From a virus, in the IMG/VR virus record IMGVR_UViG_3300027708_000021: a stretch of DNA of 64,000 bases. One strand, written 5' to 3'. The translations under genes and the position numbers were made by a program. This document shows positions 1 to 9,258 of this stretch, piece after piece. The notes under the pieces are model-generated. The model was given only the letters and a program-made list of their open reading frames with translations, was not told where the DNA came from and searched no databases. Position 1 is the stretch's first letter; every line of letters starts with the position of its first letter.

Positions 1-2
1 TT

Positions 3-185
3 GTAGCCAACGGAGTTAGTTACGCAGCAAAACCAGGTAGTACAGATGACTTAGTCATGGCGGCTTTGCTAGTTACCCGTATGATGATACTGTTACAAAC
101 ATATCACCCAGAAATGGACACGCAAATGCGAGATTTTGGGGAAAGTATCACTCCGCCGTTGCCCTTTATTTCAACAATGTATTAA
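3..185 (+). CDS. Terminase large subunit (gp17-like), C-terminal end, partial
   Basis: Frame 3 reads ...SYAAKPGSTDDLVMAALL..., the C-terminal nuclease DDLVM motif of T4-type terminases; open to the window start. Confidence 0.8.
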   Translation, partial: VANGVSYAAKPGSTDDLVMAALLVTRMMILLQTYHPEMDTQMRDFGESITPPLPFISTMY

Positions 186-197
186 ATTAAAAATAGC

Positions 198-203
198 TAA
201 ATA
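198..203 (+). promoter_or_regulatory. T4-like late promoter core TAAATA (representative; recurs at about 12111, 15704, 19038, 19952, 20630, 24492, 39702, 42844, 43364, 44912, 48212, 49840, 62888, and on the - strand at 44513)
   Basis: TAAATA/TAAGTA recurs just upstream of structural or late-type ORFs without a -35 box; similar to T4 TATAAATA. Confidence 0.7.
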
Positions 204-210
204 ATATACT

Positions 211-2514
211 ATGTCACAAAACAACGCTAACCAGAAGCTAAATGACTTGCTTATCAGCAAGAATTTCGACCCGCAGTCATTAAATAATCAGGGCAAACCA
301 GCCTCCTCTCCCGAAGAAGCAGATTTATTTTCTTTTGATTACAAAGGTGAATCAGGACAAGACTACGGCACCGTAGTCATCATGCTCAATGATGAAAATG
401 ACTTGAATGTTTACTTTGGCGATAATATTGGTAAAAGCATGGAAGGCAATGATAAAAAGGGATGGTTTGATTTCCTATATCAGCTCCGTATGTTTGCCAA
501 GAGAAATTTATTCAGTTTTACATTACAAAATTTAAACAAATTAAAATATAGTATGCAGGGTCAAGCGGCAATTAGTGAAGGATTGTTTGAATCATGGCAG
601 GGTAAAAAAGATTTATCTTGGAATGCCGATGCTACACAAGCTCGACTAATGATTAAACACAAACGCAATATAGGCGAAGGCGAAGCTCGTTTTCGTAATA
701 TACAATCGTTGTTTATTGAAACAGCTGACGGCGAAAGATTTAAATTGCCATTTACAAAATTATCTGCTGGCCGTGCTATGTTGGAACATGTACGACAAGG
801 CGGTAAACCTTATGACATTCGGGGTAATCATATTGTCACTATTCTTGAAGAAATGAATTTGTTGAGTCGTTTCCGCCGCGCTAATCAAGGTAAAATCTTT
901 GAAGGTGAAACACAACAATTAGTAGAACAAGCTACACATTATTACGAAACATTACAAAGTAATTTAAAGAGTTTAGGTACAAAAGTTGGATACACAAAAT
1001 ATTTTGAATCGTGGGATCCAGCGGCATTAACTGATGAAGATGTCATCATTGAAGATTTGCGTCATATGTTTGTAGAACAAAACATTGATTCAAGAATTGA
1101 ACAAGCATTACCGTTATTGGCAAAATTACAACAGGAATACAACATGAAAGAAGCTAACATATTTGAAAATTGGACAAACCTTATTCTCGAAGGTACATGG
1201 GCGATTCCCGATACTAAAGAAAAACAAACAGCTTTAGTAACATTGCTCAGTCAAGAATTGCCAGTTGGTGCCGATGCTACTAACGCAACAGAATTGTTAT
1301 ATGATTTGCTGGGCGATGATGAATTGTTTGACCGTTTAGAAGAATTAGCCGAGCAAGACGCCAATGCTGATGCTCGCGAAATTATTCTTAATCGTTTAGA
1401 AGAATTAAAAGATAATCCAGATATTGCACAAGTTATTGGCCACTTAAAGACTCCAACACCAGATAGTCAAGAACCAGTTGACGAATCTTTTGAAGATGAT
1501 GCTAGTCCAGTAGAGTCCGCTATTATTAATCGTATTATGATGGATCATCCACTTTTATTAGCTAAATTCGGTCCAGAAGCTGTTATGACTGCCGCTAGAG
1601 ACCAAGCTGAATGGGTTGGTGATGTTGATGAAATCGGCAGTAGTGATGTAAGCGGTTGGATTAAAAATGTTGTTAGAGATTTGGCAAGTACTACTCAAGA
1701 ATTAGACGAACTAAGTCCAGATACATTAAAGAGCTATGTTAAGAAAGCAAGTTCAGATCGTGCCATGCGTAACTTTGACCAAGGTGTAGACATGGGCGTT
1801 TCATATGGCGCCCGCGAACCAAAATTTGATAAAGAAAATGATCATAAAGACACATTACGCCGTCGAGGCATTCACAAAGCTGTAGATCGTTTAGAAGAAG
1901 GCGACATGAAAGACTGGTTATGGAACGAAGCCGAACGCTTAGACAAAGATGCTTTTATTAGTAATGCCGACGAATACGGTATGACCCCAGAAGAAGCCGC
2001 CGAGTGGTGGGATAGTATCAATGGAGAAATTGAAGAAGGCATCACCGGTGCCTTAGCTGGCGGCGCTTTGGGTGGCTACGCAACTAAATCAGTTAAAGGA
2101 ACAATGCTTGGAGCTAAATTAGGTAGTAAAGCACAAGATTATTTTACCAAAAAAGATAAAAAAATAGACGAAACTGATCACAGTAGTATCGTTGACCAGA
2201 TGACTAAAACACAAGCCGAAATTGAAAAAATTGTTCGTTCGGGTGGTCGTGTAGCAATGAATGATCCGTTAACTAGAAAGTTAAAAATGCTCAAAAACAA
2301 ATTACATAAATCTAAAGAAGTTAATGAAAACACAGCGTTAACTGGCCCATATGGGCATTCCGGTAAACTAGCACCAGTGGAAGGCACTGACGAAGATATG
2401 ATGGCTAGAATCAAATTCTTAGCCGGCATTAGAGAAAATGATACTACTACAGATGGGCAGGAAGATTCAAATTTAACCGCTATGAAATCTGTCAGTTCTA
2501 TTTTCATTAGATAA
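211..2514 (+). CDS. Large acidic head/internal virion protein with many putative prohead-protease (hydrophobic-x-E) sites
   Basis: 767 aa; late promoter; modules bounded by LFE, ILE, VDE, LDE, LEE, IEE, IDE, VNE; glycine-zipper segment; C-terminal RIKFLAG motif. Confidence 0.6.
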   Translation: MSQNNANQKLNDLLISKNFDPQSLNNQGKPASSPEEADLFSFDYKGESGQDYGTVVIMLNDENDLNVYFGDNIGKSMEGNDKKGWFDFLYQLRMFAKRNLFSFTLQNLNKLKYSMQGQAAISEGLFESWQGKKDLSWNADATQARLMIKHKRNIGEGEARFRNIQSLFIETADGERFKLPFTKLSAGRAMLEHVRQGGKPYDIRGNHIVTILEEMNLLSRFRRANQGKIFEGETQQLVEQATHYYETLQSNLKSLGTKVGYTKYFESWDPAALTDEDVIIEDLRHMFVEQNIDSRIEQALPLLAKLQQEYNMKEANIFENWTNLILEGTWAIPDTKEKQTALVTLLSQELPVGADATNATELLYDLLGDDELFDRLEELAEQDANADAREIILNRLEELKDNPDIAQVIGHLKTPTPDSQEPVDESFEDDASPVESAIINRIMMDHPLLLAKFGPEAVMTAARDQAEWVGDVDEIGSSDVSGWIKNVVRDLASTTQELDELSPDTLKSYVKKASSDRAMRNFDQGVDMGVSYGAREPKFDKENDHKDTLRRRGIHKAVDRLEEGDMKDWLWNEAERLDKDAFISNADEYGMTPEEAAEWWDSINGEIEEGITGALAGGALGGYATKSVKGTMLGAKLGSKAQDYFTKKDKKIDETDHSSIVDQMTKTQAEIEKIVRSGGRVAMNDPLTRKLKMLKNKLHKSKEVNENTALTGPYGHSGKLAPVEGTDEDMMARIKFLAGIRENDTTTDGQEDSNLTAMKSVSSIFIR

Positions 2515-2576
2515 ATAAGTGTTAGAAAGCAGTAATCGGCAACATTAGTAAGGCAACTTAACCAGTTTAGTAGTAA

Positions 2577-2608
2577 ACACAGACAGTCCTGTGTATAATA
2601 AAGACTGT
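2577..2608 (+). promoter_or_regulatory. H-type RNA pseudoknot in the gp32 leader (putative autogenous translational operator)
   Basis: S1 ACACAG(2577-82)/CTGTGT(2589-94), L1 = A, S2 CAGTC(2584-88)/GACTG(2603-07), L2 ATAATAAA. Confidence 0.7.
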
Positions 2609-2671
2609 AGGCAACTTTAATCTAGTAACATAGATAGGCATCACATTTTATAACTTGAAAGGCAACTTAAA

Positions 2672-3664
2672 ATGGCATCATTATCAGAAATCAGAGCCCG
2701 CTTACAAGCGGCAGAAGGTAACAAACAGGGCGGCAACTCACAAGGCGATTCAGCGATTTATCCACATTGGTCAATCGACGAAGGTCAAAATGCTACACTC
2801 CGCTTCCTCCCAGACGGTAATACAAAAAACACATTCTTTTGGCAAGAGCGAGCAATGATTCGTTTACCATTTAATGGCGTTAAGGGAGAATTAGAATCCA
2901 AACAAGTACAAGTCCGTGTTCCATGCGTGGAAATGTGGGGCGAGACTTGTCCAATCTTGTCAGAAGTTCGTACATGGTTTAAAGATCCAGCATTAGAAGA
3001 CATGGGTCGTAAGTACTGGAAAAAGCGTGATTATATTTTCCAAGGCTTTGTTCGTGAGAATCCATTAACCGATGACAAGGCTCCAGAAAATCCAATTCGT
3101 CGTTTTATTATTGGTCCACAAATTTTCACACTTATTAAAGGTGCGTTGATGGATCCAGAGTTGGAAGAATTGCCAACAGACTATCTCAAAGGTTTAGACT
3201 TCCGTATTAGCAAAGGTTCCAAAGGTGGCTTTGCTGACTATAGTGGTTCTAAATGGGCCCGTAAAGAATCAGCACTTACAGAAGCTGAACAAGCGGCTAT
3301 CGAAGCACATGGTTTGTATGACTTATCAACATTCTTGCCTAAAAAACCAGGCGATGTTGAACTCAAGGTTATCAAAGAAATGTTTGAAGCTTCGGTTGAT
3401 GGTCAGAGTTATGACACAGAGCGTTGGGGTCAATACTTCCGTCCAGCAGGTGTTAACGCACCCGCAGGTGGATCAGCACCAGCAACTCAAGTAGAGGATA
3501 CTCCTGCTCCGGCGGCCAAAGCAACACCGACTCCTGTGAGTAGTTTTGATGATGAAGATGATACTCCTGTAGCTAGTGCTCCTGTATCTACTTCAGCACC
3601 AGCGGCAACATCTGATAAAGCACAAGACATCCTTGCGATGATTCGTGCTCGTCAAAAAGCCTAA
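2672..3664 (+). CDS. Single-stranded DNA-binding protein (T4 gp32-like)
   Basis: ATLRFLPDG, CVEMWGETCPI, KYWKKR motifs; acidic/Pro-Ala C-terminal tail; precedes UvsX. Confidence 0.9.
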   Translation: MASLSEIRARLQAAEGNKQGGNSQGDSAIYPHWSIDEGQNATLRFLPDGNTKNTFFWQERAMIRLPFNGVKGELESKQVQVRVPCVEMWGETCPILSEVRTWFKDPALEDMGRKYWKKRDYIFQGFVRENPLTDDKAPENPIRRFIIGPQIFTLIKGALMDPELEELPTDYLKGLDFRISKGSKGGFADYSGSKWARKESALTEAEQAAIEAHGLYDLSTFLPKKPGDVELKVIKEMFEASVDGQSYDTERWGQYFRPAGVNAPAGGSAPATQVEDTPAPAAKATPTPVSSFDDEDDTPVASAPVSTSAPAATSDKAQDILAMIRARQKA

Positions 3665-3677
3665 GCATTAAGCCAAA

Positions 3678-3711
3678 ATAATAGCATAAGAGGCAACTTT
3701 TATGCTATTAT
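3678..3711 (+). terminator. 15-bp hairpin with GCAA tetraloop after gp32 (stabiliser/attenuator; no clear U-tract)
   Basis: ATAATAGCATAAGAG-GCAA-CTTTTATGCTATTAT. Confidence 0.6.
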
Positions 3712-3737
3712 ATCTACTATAACTCAAAGGAATAATA

Positions 3738-4796
3738 ATGGCAAAGCCATACGACTTCAGTAAATTCCGTAAGGACATTACAAAATCTATTGACGGAATG
3801 TCAATTGGATTCAACGATCCAACAGATTGGGTTAGTACAGGCAACTTTGCTTTGAACTATCTTATCTCTGGAGATTTTAATAAAGGTATTCCGCTAGGCA
3901 AAGTAACAGTATTTGCTGGCGAATCTGGCGCAGGTAAGTCATACATCTGCTCTGGAAATATTGTTAAGAACGCACAAGACCAGGGTATTTTTGTTGTATT
4001 AATTGATACAGAAAATGCTCTTGATGAATTATGGTTACACAACCTTGGCGTCGACACAAGCGAAAGTAAATTGCTCAAACTCAACATGGCTATGATTGAC
4101 GATGTAGCAAAAACTATTTCAACATTTATGCAGGACTACAAATCACTACCCGACGGTGAGCGTCCAAAAGTATTGTTTGTAGTTGACTCCTTGGGTATGT
4201 TATTAACGCCAACTGATGTCAATCAGTTTGAAGCTGGCGATATGAAAGGTGACATGGGTCGTAAACCTAAGGCACTTACAGCACTAGTTCGAAACTCAGT
4301 AAACTTTTTTGGTAGTTATAATGTTGGCATGGTATGTACTAACCATACCTACGCTAGTCAAGATATGTTTGACCCCGACGATAAAATCTCTGGCGGTCAA
4401 GGTTTTATTTATGCGTCAAGTATTGTTGTTGCTATGAAAAAAATGAAACTCAAAGAAGACGAGGATGGCAACAAGATTAGTGATGTTATGGGTATTCGTG
4501 CTGGTTGTAAAGTTATGAAAACCCGTTATGCTAAACCGTTTGAAGGAATGCAGATTAAGATTCCGTATGAAACAGGTATGAATCCGTATAGTGGTATGGT
4601 AGACTTAGCTGAAAAGCGTGGCTTACTTAAAAAAGAAGGCAACAGTTTGGCATTTGTCAGTAGCGATGGCGAAGTTATCAAACAATTCCGTAAAAAATGG
4701 GAAGCCAATGAAGATGGTTGTCTTGATAAAATTATGCTAGACTTCGGAAAACAGCAAGAAACAGTAAGTACTGATGACACACCAACGGAGGAATAA
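3738..4796 (+). CDS. uvsX: RecA-like recombinase UvsX
   Basis: Walker A GESGAGKS, IDTENALD, VVDSLGML, TNHTY, ISGG motifs. Confidence 0.92.
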   Translation: MAKPYDFSKFRKDITKSIDGMSIGFNDPTDWVSTGNFALNYLISGDFNKGIPLGKVTVFAGESGAGKSYICSGNIVKNAQDQGIFVVLIDTENALDELWLHNLGVDTSESKLLKLNMAMIDDVAKTISTFMQDYKSLPDGERPKVLFVVDSLGMLLTPTDVNQFEAGDMKGDMGRKPKALTALVRNSVNFFGSYNVGMVCTNHTYASQDMFDPDDKISGGQGFIYASSIVVAMKKMKLKEDEDGNKISDVMGIRAGCKVMKTRYAKPFEGMQIKIPYETGMNPYSGMVDLAEKRGLLKKEGNSLAFVSSDGEVIKQFRKKWEANEDGCLDKIMLDFGKQQETVSTDDTPTEE

Positions 4797-4798
4797 GA

Positions 4799-5056
4799 AT
4801 GTCAGTAGATTTAGCAAGAGAAATTTATAACGAACTAAAGCGTTTTGTAAACACAGTAGACAAAGACGAAGCTGCTGAAACACTGGTAGCAGTTTTAATC
4901 GACAACGACATCGATGCTGATGATATCAAAGACACTTTTAAGACCGAAACAGAAGTTAAACGGGCACTTACAAGCTACCTAAAAGATCATCAAGATGACG
5001 AAGAGGAAGACGACGAAGAAGACTTTGAATACGATGACGAGGAAGACGACTATTAA
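4799..5056 (+). CDS. Hypothetical protein, acidic C-terminus
   Basis: 85 aa ORF with RBS, in the operon between uvsX and uvsY. Confidence 0.7.
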   Translation: MSVDLAREIYNELKRFVNTVDKDEAAETLVAVLIDNDIDADDIKDTFKTETEVKRALTSYLKDHQDDEEEDDEEDFEYDDEEDDY

Positions 5057-5508
5057 TGTGGTATAGCCGTGTAACAGCCGACTTGAGTGCAATCCCAGAT
5101 TTTATTGCACACTACGAAACTGAACTCGAACATGCTAAAATGGAATGCCGAGTAGGTGGTATGGTTGAAAAGAACATTACCAACTTACCTGGTATTACCG
5201 AACATAGATTTAATCAACTTCAAGAAATTGAAGCTGTTTTAAATTATCTTAACATTCAACTTAGAAAAATTCGTCGTAAACATTTTCAAAAATATCTCGA
5301 AGGATATGCTCGTGCTTTAACTAGTCGTGATGCGGAAAAATATGTTGATGGAGAAGATGAAGTTATTGATTTTGAAACATTAATCAATGAAGTGGCCTTA
5401 TTACGCAATCGCTACTTAGGTATTATGAAAGCAATGGAATCTAAAAACTTTATGCTAGGGCATATTGTTAGACTTAGAGCCGCCGGAATGGAAGATATAC
5501 AGGTATAA
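5056..5508 (+). CDS. uvsY: Recombination mediator UvsY-like
   Basis: 150 aa helical protein, Y..AL.SRDAEKYVDGEDEV pattern; synteny with uvsX/uvsW. Confidence 0.7.
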   Translation: MWYSRVTADLSAIPDFIAHYETELEHAKMECRVGGMVEKNITNLPGITEHRFNQLQEIEAVLNYLNIQLRKIRRKHFQKYLEGYARALTSRDAEKYVDGEDEVIDFETLINEVALLRNRYLGIMKAMESKNFMLGHIVRLRAAGMEDIQV

Positions 5509-5509
5509 C

Positions 5510-6262
5510 ATGTTTAAAAACGCAGACGAATCGCATCAACATAGTTTACAAATTCTTAATCAGTTAGGAAACTATGAAGATTTTATGTTATCAATTAAAA
5601 ATCTTGCCGATATAGGATGTGGATCTGGTAAAGATTTAGAATGGTGGGCCACCCGTACAGCTAGTGATGATCGAGCTACCCCACTTAATATCTCGTGTCA
5701 AGGTATAGATATTATGGATAGTTTAGCAGTGGCTAAAAAATATCCTAATATTACATACCAACGAGCAGACTTTGAAACTACACTGCATACGCCTCCGGAT
5801 AAATTTGATGTACTTTGGTGTCATGATACTTTTCAATATGCCGTTAATCCAATTCAAACATTAATTAATTGGAGAACTATCACTAGCAATGGTGCTATGT
5901 TAGCCTTAGCTGTTCCGCAAACTACTAATGTACGTCACAAAGATTTAGATTTTAGTCAGAAAGATGGCTGCTATTATCACCATACTATAGTCAGTCTTAT
6001 TCATATGTTGGCCTTAACAGGGTGGGATTGTCGTGCTGGATTCTTTAAAGTAGATCCAATTGATAACTGGATTTATGCTGTAGTATATAAAAGCAATCAA
6101 GAGCCTAGAGATCTTAAAACTACTCGCTGGTATGATTTGGCTGACGCAAAATTATTGCCTGATTCTGCCGAAAAATCAGTTATGGCCCGGGGCTTTTTAC
6201 ACCAACGAGATTTAGTATTGCCCTGGTTGGATAAGAGTTTACAGTGGCTCGGAGCCCAATGA
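5510..6262 (+). CDS. Class I SAM-dependent methyltransferase
   Basis: LADIGCGSG motif I, GID, ADF, FDVLWCHD. Confidence 0.8.
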   Translation: MFKNADESHQHSLQILNQLGNYEDFMLSIKNLADIGCGSGKDLEWWATRTASDDRATPLNISCQGIDIMDSLAVAKKYPNITYQRADFETTLHTPPDKFDVLWCHDTFQYAVNPIQTLINWRTITSNGAMLALAVPQTTNVRHKDLDFSQKDGCYYHHTIVSLIHMLALTGWDCRAGFFKVDPIDNWIYAVVYKSNQEPRDLKTTRWYDLADAKLLPDSAEKSVMARGFLHQRDLVLPWLDKSLQWLGAQ

Positions 6263-6281
6263 TAAGTTAGTACTCACTTAC

Positions 6282-6309
6282 AAACCCCTAAACACAGGGG
6301 TTTTATTTT
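6282..6309 (+). terminator. Intrinsic terminator
   Basis: AAACCCCT-loop-AGGGGTTTT-ATTTT. Confidence 0.7.
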
Positions 6310-6311
6310 GG

Positions 6312-6340
6312 TTGACAACAAATTTATATTTTGCTATACT
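6312..6340 (+). promoter_or_regulatory. Sigma70-type early promoter
   Basis: TTGACA-17-TATACT. Confidence 0.8.
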
Positions 6341-6368
6341 CGTATTATAGTAACAAAAATAATTAAAC

Positions 6369-6539
6369 ATGAACGAAATTTATAACGTAACTTATTCAGC
6401 GTATCACCCAGGTAGTACTGAAGTGATTAGTGAAGGCACTATGCCAATTCATGCTACTTCATTTTATCTAGCCGAACAAACTGTTAAGGTTATGTTTTCG
6501 GGCGCAGAAGTTATTATTCGCTATACAAATAAACAGTAG
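6369..6539 (+). CDS. Small hypothetical protein (56 aa, not in ORF track)
   Basis: MNEIYNVTYSAYHPG...; directly downstream of a promoter. Confidence 0.6.
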   Translation: MNEIYNVTYSAYHPGSTEVISEGTMPIHATSFYLAEQTVKVMFSGAEVIIRYTNKQ

Positions 6540-6568
6540 TTGACAATTAAATCGTTATACCATATAAT
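6540..6568 (+). promoter_or_regulatory. Sigma70-type early promoter
   Basis: TTGACA-17-TATAAT, followed by AGGAGC RBS. Confidence 0.85.
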
Positions 6569-6602
6569 AGTATTATTAACAATATAGTTAAGGAGCTAAA
6601 AG

Positions 6603-7628
6603 ATGTCTACAATTTTAATTAAAAATGGTGTATATCGTAATCAACCTGTAAACAATGTTTCATTTACATTAGTTAAAGGTTATCAAACTGGAGCCAAAGG
6701 AGGCTATGTGACTGTAAAATCTGAAGGCTTTTTTGGTGAAGAATACGACGATGTTCGTATTAAAGTAAGTTCAATTGAAGACTTAGAGTTTGTAACTGAA
6801 TCTGTTCCTGTTGGTGAATTTGTTGCGCCAATTGTAACCAAACCTGCTACAGAATCGGATGATGAAGTTATGGATCGTATTGAACAACGATTTGAAATTT
6901 TACATCAAATGACTCGTGCTACAATTTCAGGAGATGTCCGAGCTATGATTGTAGTTGGCCCTCCAGGAGTAGGTAAGTCATACGGTGTAGAATTTGAACT
7001 TGAGAAGTCAGGATTATTTGACAAAATCTCAGGTAAAAAAATTAAGTATGAAGTAGTCAAAGGGGCGATGACTCCAATTGGTTTATACTGTACTTTATAT
7101 CGCCACAGTGACGCTAACAACGTTTTGGTATTTGACGATTGTGACTCTGTGTTCCAAGATGAATTGGCGCTAAACATTCTTAAAGCCGCATTGGACTCTG
7201 GCAAGAAGCGTAAAATTCACTGGAATTCAGATAGTGCTATGTTGCGCCGCGAGGGTGTTCCAGATATGTTTGACTTCAAAGGTGGTTGTATTTTTATTAC
7301 CAACTTAAAGTTTGACAATCTTAAATCTAAGAAAATGCAGGACCATTTAGAAGCATTACAAAGTCGTTGTCACTTTTTGGACTTGACATTGAATACAATG
7401 CGTGACAAGTTTTTGCGTATTAAACAAATTTTCCGCCAAGGTCAGTTGTTTAAGGATTATGATTTTAGTCCAGAGCAAGGTGAAGAAATCCTAGCATTTA
7501 TGGATACCAATAAAGATAAATTGCGTGAAATGTCCTTGCGTATGGCTCTTAAATTGGCAGACTTAACCAAAGTATCGCAAGAAAATTGGAAGGCTTTGGC
7601 GGCTAGTACTTGTATGAAGAATAGCTAA
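6603..7628 (+). CDS. P-loop/AAA+-like ATPase
   Basis: Walker A GPPGVGKS, Walker B VLVFDDCD, FITN sensor, ALQSRC Arg finger. Confidence 0.8.
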   Translation: MSTILIKNGVYRNQPVNNVSFTLVKGYQTGAKGGYVTVKSEGFFGEEYDDVRIKVSSIEDLEFVTESVPVGEFVAPIVTKPATESDDEVMDRIEQRFEILHQMTRATISGDVRAMIVVGPPGVGKSYGVEFELEKSGLFDKISGKKIKYEVVKGAMTPIGLYCTLYRHSDANNVLVFDDCDSVFQDELALNILKAALDSGKKRKIHWNSDSAMLRREGVPDMFDFKGGCIFITNLKFDNLKSKKMQDHLEALQSRCHFLDLTLNTMRDKFLRIKQIFRQGQLFKDYDFSPEQGEEILAFMDTNKDKLREMSLRMALKLADLTKVSQENWKALAASTCMKNS

Positions 7629-7634
7629 AAATTT

Positions 7635-7730
7635 TACTTACTTTATAACTCAAGGTAAGTACAAGGTAGCTCCTGGGCTAGGAAACTAGCCCGTTTTATC
7701 AGGCACCCATAAAACGGTGCCTGTTTTTTT
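7635..7730 (+). terminator. Structured 3' UTR: two hairpins plus a terminator whose loop can form a pseudoknot
   Basis: TACTTACTTT/AAGGTAAGTA; GGGCTAG-GAAA-CTAGCCC; CAGGCACC/GGTGCCTG + T7. Confidence 0.7.
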
Positions 7731-7766
7731 GCTCTTTGCATACTAAGTATGCTATAATAAGTGATA

Positions 7767-9224
7767 ATGCGAACAGCTATAATAACAATCCGTGATGAGG
7801 TTAATATCAAAATAGAAGGTCTGGAATTGGATGCCAGACGGAAACTAGTAAACACATTTAAGTATGATGTGCCTGGTGCTAGATATTTGCCCGCAGTTAG
7901 ACTGGGACGATGGGACGGCAAAGTTTCCTATTTTCAATTGGGTGGGTCAACTTATGTAAACTTACTTCCTGAAATTATTCCTATACTGGATAGTTATAAC
8001 TATGATATTGAGCTCAATGATCTTCGTGATTATTCTACTAATTTTGATTTTGAACGAGTAACCGAAGAAACCTTTAGTCATATTAATTGGGGCAAAGATC
8101 ATCCTATGGAGGGCCAGCCAATTAAATTGCGCGACTATCAAGTTGAAATTATCAATAACTTTTTAGAAAATCCGCAAAGCATACAGGAAATCGCCACAGG
8201 CGCAGGTAAAACAATTATGACCGCGGCACTAAGTCAACGATGCGAAGCTCACGGCAGGACCATTGTAATTGTACCTAATAAAAGTTTAGTAACACAAACA
8301 GAAAAAGATTATCGTGGCTTAGGTTTAGATGTTGGAGTTTACTTTGGAGATAGAAAAGAGTGGGGCAAGAAACATACTATTTGTACTTGGCAATCTCTAA
8401 ACATACTTCTTAAAAATACTAAAAATGGAGCAGATGTTACAATACATGACTTTATCGAAGATGTGGTTTGTATTATGGTCGACGAAGTACATATGGCCAA
8501 AGCTGATGCTTTAAAAACATTACTCACAGGAGTAATGAGTCGAATTCCTATTCGCTGGGGTCTAACTGGAACTGTGCCTAAAGAGCCATATGAGTTTCAG
8601 GCATTGAAGTGTAGTTTAGGCCCGGTTATCAATCAACTATCAGCCAGTGAACTTCAAGATCGCGGAGTACTAGCACAATGTCATGTTAATATTGTACAAT
8701 TAATTGACCATGCTGAGTTTTCTAATTATCAATCTGAACTTAAATTTTTACTAGAAGAACCCGATAGACTTGATACCATAGCACAATTAGTTGACAAAGT
8801 TAATGCCACAGGCAATACATTGGTATTAGTGGATCGTGTAGCAGCAGGACACGCTATTGTAGAAAGACTAGGAGACAAAGCAGTATTTGTCAGCGGAGCA
8901 ACTAAAGGAACTAAACGAGATGAAGAATACGCAGAAGTGGCAACAGCTACTGGAAAAGTTATTGTTGCTACTTATGGTGTCGCTGCTGTGGGGATTAACA
9001 TACCTCGTATTTTCAATCTTGTTCTTGTGGAGCCAGGCAAAAGTTTCGTCCGTGTCATACAAAGTATTGGTCGTGGCATCAGGAAAGCTGAGGATAAAGA
9101 CTTCGTCCAAATCTGGGACGTGACTAGCACTTGTAAATTTGCCAAAAGACACCTAACCAAACGCAAACAGTTCTACAAAGAAGCAAACTACCCATTTACT
9201 CAAGAAAAATTAGAGTGGAAATAG
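7767..9224 (+). CDS. uvsW: SF2 DNA helicase UvsW
   Basis: LRDYQ, ATGAGKT, DEVH, GLTGT, QSIGRGIR; N-terminal WDGK motif. Confidence 0.9.
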   Translation: MRTAIITIRDEVNIKIEGLELDARRKLVNTFKYDVPGARYLPAVRLGRWDGKVSYFQLGGSTYVNLLPEIIPILDSYNYDIELNDLRDYSTNFDFERVTEETFSHINWGKDHPMEGQPIKLRDYQVEIINNFLENPQSIQEIATGAGKTIMTAALSQRCEAHGRTIVIVPNKSLVTQTEKDYRGLGLDVGVYFGDRKEWGKKHTICTWQSLNILLKNTKNGADVTIHDFIEDVVCIMVDEVHMAKADALKTLLTGVMSRIPIRWGLTGTVPKEPYEFQALKCSLGPVINQLSASELQDRGVLAQCHVNIVQLIDHAEFSNYQSELKFLLEEPDRLDTIAQLVDKVNATGNTLVLVDRVAAGHAIVERLGDKAVFVSGATKGTKRDEEYAEVATATGKVIVATYGVAAVGINIPRIFNLVLVEPGKSFVRVIQSIGRGIRKAEDKDFVQIWDVTSTCKFAKRHLTKRKQFYKEANYPFTQEKLEWK

Positions 9225-9252
9225 TTGACAAACCCAAATATGATGTTACAAT
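9225..9252 (+). promoter_or_regulatory. Sigma70-type promoter, probably giving a leaderless mRNA
   Basis: TTGACA-16-TACAAT, then 6 nt to ATG 9259. Confidence 0.7.
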
Positions 9253-9258
9253 AATACT

